A stretch of 64,000 nucleotides of DNA, taken from positions 24,234-88,233 of the forward strand of contig JAPLUZ010000022.1 of NCBI GenBank assembly GCA_026397375.1, given 5' to 3'. Positions 59,096 through 64,000 of the stretch are shown piece after piece (position 1 is the first letter of the stretch; every line of letters begins with the position of its first letter). The notes under the pieces are model-generated. The model had not been told where the DNA came from. It ran no database searches and saw only the letters and a program-made list of their open reading frames with translations. The stretch comes from Candidatus Aenigmatarchaeota archaeon (GTDB lineage Archaea > Aenigmatarchaeota > Aenigmatarchaeia > GW2011-AR5). The position numbers and the translations under genes were made by a program.

Positions 59096-59104
59096 TCAGG
59101 CTTC

Positions 59105-59251
59105 TTACAAGTTTATCATTATTCTGATAAGTAATGGCTTTCTTGCTACATTTTCTTCTGGCAGATGAAACGGACAGAATGCCGCTTCCATGCCCTTTAT
59201 CTTGTAGGTAAACATCGTAGGTAGTTCACAAACCATGCATTTCATTTTCAT
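59105..59251 (-). CDS. 48-aa zinc-finger microprotein (CxxC...CxxH), not in the ORF track
   Basis: [48 protein letters not shown]; its ATG overlaps the cdc48 stop (TGATG). Confidence 0.65.
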   Translation of the reverse strand: MKMKCMVCELPTMFTYKIKGMEAAFCPFHLPEENVARKPLLIRIMINL

Positions 59252-61548
59252 CAACCCATGTAGTTTGTTTCTTCTTCCATTGCATGCTGCTTTTTCTTCT
59301 TCAGGACGGATTCGTAGTACTGGTTCATTTCCTGCGTAAGCGAAGGTTTTATTTCTTTCAAAGCATTCTCAAAGTCGTGCTTCGTCACTTCAGCCGCTTC
59401 TAAATTTCTTCTCATGGCAAATATGCCAGCTTCACGGCATACTGCTTCCAGGTCAGCGCCGGAGTAGCCATTGGTTTCTTCTGCGATATGTTTTATATCT
59501 ACATCCTTCTCAATGGGCATGTTCTTTGTGTGGACCCTTAATATTTCTAATCTTGCTGTTTCATCTGGCGTATGCACAAGTATTTGCCTGTCAATGCGGC
59601 CCGGCCTCAGCAATGCGGAATCGAGCATGTCCGGCCTGTTTGTTGCAGCGACAACAATGACTCCCTGAAGATCTTCAAGACCAGAGATTTCTGACAATAG
59701 CTGGGATACGACACGCTCGGTGACTTGACTATCAGCTGATCCGCCCCTTTTTGGCACCAATGAGTCTACTTCGTCAAAAAATATTATACATGGAGATACC
59801 TGGCGTGCTCTTCGGAATATATCACGCACGTGCTTTTCACTTTCACCAACCCACATGGACAAAAGTTCCGGTCCTTTAACGGAAATAAAGTTGGCGCCGC
59901 TTTCGTTGGCAATAGCCTTTGCCAGCAGGGTCTTTCCAGTGCCTGGAGGTCCATACAACAGCACGCCGGTTGGTGATTTTATGCCCAGTCTCTTGAAAGA
60001 ATCAGGATATTTCAGCGGCCATTCTATTGTCTCTTGCAGCAGCTTCTTCACGTCTTCTAGGCCGCCTATGTCTGTCCATTTGACCTGTGGAATTTCTATG
60101 AGGACTTCCCGCATGGCAGATGGCTCAACCATTCTCAAAGCCTGTTCAAAGTCCTCTTTCGTCACGATGAGCTTCTTCAATATATCCTGCGGTATCGGCG
60201 TGTTGTCTTTTATCATGTTTATGTCCGGAAGAACCCTACGCACCGCGTACATGGCTGCTTCTTTGCACAGGGCAGCTATGTCAGCACCTACGTAGCCGTA
60301 AGTTATTTCAGCTGTTTTTGTGAGGTCAACATTCTTGGCAAGAGGCATTCCTCTTGTGTGAATCTGCAGAATTTCTTTCCTGCCGTCCTTGTTAGGCACG
60401 CCAAGCTCTATTTCCCTGTCAAATCTGCCTGGTCGACGTAATGCAGGGTCTATAGAATTGGGTATATTTGTTGCCCCTATTATGATAATCTTGCCTCTGC
60501 TCTTTAGTCCGTCGAGAAGTGTGAGCAACTGTGACACGACACGCTTTTCCACTTCACCTTTTACCTCTTCTCTTTTTGGAGCAATTGCATCCAGTTCATC
60601 AATAAATATTATGCTTGGCGCATTTTTCTCAGCCTGGTCAAAAACCTTGCGGAGATTTTCTTCAGACTCGCCGTAGAACTTGCTCATGATTTCCGGGCCG
60701 TTGATTACAAAGAAACGTGCGCCGCTTTCGTTGGCAACGGCCTTTGCCAGAAGCGTTTTACCTGTTCCAGGAGGGCCATGAAGCAGAATACCGCGTGGCG
60801 GCTCTATGCCTAAGCGCTCAAAAAGCTCCGGGTGCTTTAGTGGCAACTCTATCATTTCCCTAACTTTTTTCACTTCTTCATGCAGACCGCCCAAGTCTTC
60901 GTAAGTAACTTCTGGTATTTTTTCCTCTTCCAACGGCTTTGTTGCCTGCGGCAGAAGTTCTATATCTGTTGCCCTTGTTATACGAACAGTACCTTTTGGT
61001 TCTGTATTTACAACAACGAATTTTTCTTCACCAAAAGGCGTGAACATAAAATCATTAATATCAACGCCGAAAAATTGCTCAAACAATGTTGCCTGACTTC
61101 GTCTATCTTGAACAATAGGATTAGGAATTATTATGTCGCCTGTTACTACAGGGCGCATTAAGAGATTTTGCTTAAGCAGGTTTCCGCCCATGTGAATAAT
61201 TATTCCCTTGCGGGCGGGCGCTATGGTAACGGATTTGGCTTCTTTCACGTCGGATTTCTTTATCTTTATGGCCTCGCCAATACCGGCGCCGCAATTTCTT
61301 CTCTCAAGGCCGTCCATCCTTATTACGTCCAGGCCCACGTCAACTGGATAGGCCCTAACGGCTATTGCTGCTGTCTTCCTCTTACCTTCTATTTCGATAA
61401 CGTCGCCTTCGCTGACGTTTATGCCCTTCATGTCCTTGGCAGAAATGCGGACGATACCTCTACCAAAATCCCCTCTTTCGGTAAGCTCGCCGACCTTGAG
61501 CTTCAAACCATTGCCGTTTTTATCACCATTTTCTTTTTCTTCTGGCAT
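59251..61548 (-). CDS. cdc48: Cdc48/VAT AAA+ ATPase
   Basis: N-domain followed by two AAA modules (GPPGTGKT twice, IDELD/FDEVD, RPGRFD/RPGRID). Confidence 0.97.
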   Translation of the reverse strand: MPEEKENGDKNGNGLKLKVGELTERGDFGRGIVRISAKDMKGINVSEGDVIEIEGKRKTAAIAVRAYPVDVGLDVIRMDGLERRNCGAGIGEAIKIKKSDVKEAKSVTIAPARKGIIIHMGGNLLKQNLLMRPVVTGDIIIPNPIVQDRRSQATLFEQFFGVDINDFMFTPFGEEKFVVVNTEPKGTVRITRATDIELLPQATKPLEEEKIPEVTYEDLGGLHEEVKKVREMIELPLKHPELFERLGIEPPRGILLHGPPGTGKTLLAKAVANESGARFFVINGPEIMSKFYGESEENLRKVFDQAEKNAPSIIFIDELDAIAPKREEVKGEVEKRVVSQLLTLLDGLKSRGKIIIIGATNIPNSIDPALRRPGRFDREIELGVPNKDGRKEILQIHTRGMPLAKNVDLTKTAEITYGYVGADIAALCKEAAMYAVRRVLPDINMIKDNTPIPQDILKKLIVTKEDFEQALRMVEPSAMREVLIEIPQVKWTDIGGLEDVKKLLQETIEWPLKYPDSFKRLGIKSPTGVLLYGPPGTGKTLLAKAIANESGANFISVKGPELLSMWVGESEKHVRDIFRRARQVSPCIIFFDEVDSLVPKRGGSADSQVTERVVSQLLSEISGLEDLQGVIVVAATNRPDMLDSALLRPGRIDRQILVHTPDETARLEILRVHTKNMPIEKDVDIKHIAEETNGYSGADLEAVCREAGIFAMRRNLEAAEVTKHDFENALKEIKPSLTQEMNQYYESVLKKKKQHAMEEETNYMG

Positions 61549-61593
61549 AGCTAATCACTATTTATTTTGTATATCATTTATTTATGTTAAACC

Positions 61594-61941
61594 TTACTGT
61601 TCATGAAACAACTGTTCTATTTTTCCCCTGTCTTTTATCATTGCCTCCATCATTTCGCACTCCACTTTGTCAGACCATTCCTGAAAGTAACTCATGACGC
61701 GGTCCATGTTTTCCATGGCTATCATAAAGGCTGAGTCGGCTATCTTCACGTGTGGTATTTCGTCGAGCAATCCCGGCCTTCTGTATTCGTACTTCTTGCC
61801 GTTTTTCGGGACTGTCTGGTTCCATCCGTGCAGCTCTTTGAAAAACTTTATTCTTTCGTAGTCGGAATCAAACTTTTCCGGATTCGTATGAAACGTAATT
61901 ATCGCGACTGGCACACCATTGTTTCTAATCTCTACTCTCAT
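61594..61941 (-). CDS. Hypothetical protein, possibly ferredoxin-like (Cas2/VapD/PaaX-C-like) fold
   Basis: GAGGTG RBS; pattern IITF...KFFKELHG...GLL...IADSAFMI. The fold assignment is a guess. Confidence 0.65.
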   Translation of the reverse strand: MRVEIRNNGVPVAIITFHTNPEKFDSDYERIKFFKELHGWNQTVPKNGKKYEYRRPGLLDEIPHVKIADSAFMIAMENMDRVMSYFQEWSDKVECEMMEAMIKDRGKIEQLFHEQ

Positions 61942-62087
61942 TACGACACCTCAGACAAATAACTATTTGCTGAGTTAGAGTAATGTAGTATACTAAAAGT
62001 ATTTAAGTTTTACGGTTGGACGTTCTGTCGAGGTAGCGGTTGGGTGATTTGTGACATGTTTATATTTAGTCTAAACAATGTAGTAAA

Positions 62088-62855
62088 ATGAGAATTGGCG
62101 GCATACCAAACTTTTTAAGAAGTGTTTTTTTGGTCGGCGGCATTATTAATCTTATTGTAGACCTTATAATCTTTGTTGTCATTCTAATATTTTTGATCAA
62201 ATTTAATGCCCCCTGGGAGATTTTTTTAATAGTCATTCTGGGCTTTGCCATTGCGATTTCTTTCAGCATACTACGCATCTACAGACTAAAGTCTCTGGAT
62301 TTGTCAGTAAGGGAAATTCCAAAGCGAGTAGACGCAATGCAACCAACAGATAAATCAGAAGCAGCGTTCGAGCCTCAAAGTAACGTCGGCGGCGAAAAAA
62401 TAATTGGTGCTATATATGGCATTTTATACGGCGGATGGAAAACCAATGTTCAAGTAATGGGCGTTGGCGGCATGTCACACCCTGAAAATTCTATGTTTAT
62501 TACAAACAAAAGAGTAATTTTTGTGTGCGTGCCTGTCCCCGGCGGAGGGCGTTCGTTAGGTAGAATGGATTTTACTAAGATGAATGTCGCAATAAACAAC
62601 GAATATATTGAAGAAGAGGGCAAAAGAATGATCGAGAATATGACGCCACAGCAAATTCTCGAATTCGATAAAAACAATTATGATATACCGCTGAATAAAA
62701 TAAAAGAAATAAATTCTGGACTTTTCAAAGCCGGAATAAATTTTGTTACAACAGACGGCAAAAAATTCAGATTTTTGGTAAGGAAAAAAGAACAGATGAC
62801 GGAACTTAAATTGATATTTGCCAAGTATCTACCACAAATACTAGTGAAAATATAA
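62088..62855 (+). CDS. Membrane protein with a PH-like soluble domain
   Basis: Two N-terminal TMs; MFITNKRVIF and YDIPLNKIKEI bPH-like patterns. Confidence 0.65.
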   Translation: MRIGGIPNFLRSVFLVGGIINLIVDLIIFVVILIFLIKFNAPWEIFLIVILGFAIAISFSILRIYRLKSLDLSVREIPKRVDAMQPTDKSEAAFEPQSNVGGEKIIGAIYGILYGGWKTNVQVMGVGGMSHPENSMFITNKRVIFVCVPVPGGGRSLGRMDFTKMNVAINNEYIEEEGKRMIENMTPQQILEFDKNNYDIPLNKIKEINSGLFKAGINFVTTDGKKFRFLVRKKEQMTELKLIFAKYLPQILVKI

Positions 62856-62976
62856 CTGTATTTATGTTTAATTCTCTTTTGTTTTGCTGCTATTGAAAGA
62901 ATGATATTATATATTCGGTGTATCAGTCGTATATAGGACAGCATCTGCGGAATGGCACTACCTTAATTGACAGTAT

Positions 62977-63114
62977 TTACTTTCTCATGTGCTTGAAGAA
63001 CTGGATCTGCCTCTCCCTTTTCAGCGCCTTTTCGTAGGAGCTGAAGATCCCGAGCTTCTTTTTGCCGTCGTGAGAGAACAGAACATACTTTTTGCCGACC
63101 TTTTTGATAACCAT
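62977..63114 (-). CDS. 45-aa basic microprotein, not in the ORF track
   Basis: MVIKKVGKKYVLFSHDGKKKLGIFSSYEKALKRERQIQFFKHMRK; resembles a recalled widespread small-protein pattern (LG.F.....A..RER..Q.FK). Confidence 0.7.
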   Translation of the reverse strand: MVIKKVGKKYVLFSHDGKKKLGIFSSYEKALKRERQIQFFKHMRK

Positions 63115-63175
63115 GCAATCACATTCTGATTATATATTTGAGCGATTTAAATCCTCTCTCGTTTTTAGTGTAAAC

Positions 63176-63853
63176 ATGAAGATGCTGACAAACAGCCCTA
63201 TTGATAAACTATTGGACGGCGGGCTGGAAAAGGACGCAATAACCAATATTTACGGGCCGCCGGGCACAGGAAAAACAAACATAGCACTGTCAGCAACACT
63301 GGCGTGTTTGAAGGACAAAAAAGTTGCCTACGTGGATACAGAAGGCTCGTTTTCTCTGGAAAGATTCAAGCAGATGGGCGGAACTGAGAAGGATCTGAAA
63401 AACATAATTATGGTTCACGTGCATGACTGGAAGGAGCAGCACAAGAAGATAATGGAACTGGAAAAAATAATAGAGAAGGAAAAAGACGTAGGCCTGGTTG
63501 TTGTCGACTCGCTTGTGGCACTGTACAGGCTGGAAATGGATGAAAAGAACTTTTCTCTTGTGAACAAACAGCTGGCAACGCAGTATTCCATATTCTCAAA
63601 AATTACCAGGACAAAAAATATTCCCATACTCGTTACAAACCAAGTATACAGCAAAGGCGATGAAATAGAGATAACCAGCAGGCAGGTGGCAAGGTACTGG
63701 AGCAAGACGCTTGTGGAATTAAGGAGACTGGAAAAAGACAACCAGCGCATAGCTATCCTGAGAAAGCATCGCAGCCTGGCCGAAGGCAGAAGTATAGAGT
63801 TTGAAATAACAGAAAAAGGATTGAAGGAAACAAAGGTTTTTGGCGTTTTCTAG
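63176..63853 (+). CDS. radB: DNA repair and recombination protein RadB
   Basis: Short RecA core with [20 protein letters not shown] and the RadB-specific KHR motif. Confidence 0.92.
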   Translation: MKMLTNSPIDKLLDGGLEKDAITNIYGPPGTGKTNIALSATLACLKDKKVAYVDTEGSFSLERFKQMGGTEKDLKNIIMVHVHDWKEQHKKIMELEKIIEKEKDVGLVVVDSLVALYRLEMDEKNFSLVNKQLATQYSIFSKITRTKNIPILVTNQVYSKGDEIEITSRQVARYWSKTLVELRRLEKDNQRIAILRKHRSLAEGRSIEFEITEKGLKETKVFGVF

Positions 63854-64000
63854 ATCAGGCTCAGCGAGCCTTTGTAGATAAGGATTATAACGAGCAGAAC
63901 TTTCAGCGGCCACAGGCCTGTCACGGCAAAGAAGATGAACAATGCGCAGATTATGTCGACCATGCCGAAAATGACGCCCACGGAGTCGGCGACACTGGCT
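63850..64000 (-). CDS. Membrane protein, 3' end only (runs off the window)
   Basis: Open frame ...GVIFGMVDIICALFIFF...LIYKGSLSLI* ending at 63850. Confidence 0.55.
   Translation of the reverse strand, partial: ASVADSVGVIFGMVDIICALFIFFAVTGLWPLKVLLVIILIYKGSLSLI

Noticed and set aside
61594-61941. Calling this ORF cas2
   Set aside because: Only a vague fold resemblance, with no cas1 or array nearby.
1-64000. tRNA, rRNA, transposase or integrase genes
   Set aside because: None were recognised by eye in the intergenic gaps or ORFs; tRNAscan-SE/Infernal would be needed to exclude small RNAs.

Overview
Archaeal chromosomal segment, most likely from a DPANN (Aenigmarchaeota-like) lineage; the taxonomy is inferred from gene content and protein style. 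Left to right it carries: the HMG-CoA synthase/thiolase/DUF35 mevalonate cluster interleaved with three small orphan ORFs; a probable replication origin (inverted ORB-like boxes) followed by cdc6/orc1, a PolD small-subunit (DP1) homolog and a family-B DNA polymerase; a short histone, TctA-family transporter, NAC, secDF and a geranylgeranyl reductase-family gene; a ~35 kb surface-glycosylation locus (split AglB, flippases, many GT2/GT4/GT-C enzymes, GDP-heptose and CDP-3,6-dideoxyhexose/branched-sugar pathways); and a housekeeping block (MPE-Lhr, pyrE/pyrF, broken map, cdc48, radB). The standout is the replication operon. DP1 has lost its exonuclease metal ligands, and the gene after it is not DP2 but an intact PolB with a DP2-type C-terminal zinc finger after its PIP box. 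This is the architecture of eukaryotic Pol alpha/delta/epsilon plus an inactive B-subunit, here next to an archaeal origin. No rRNA, tRNA, CRISPR array or transposase was recognised. All calls come from motif reading and recalled family knowledge; no searches were run.
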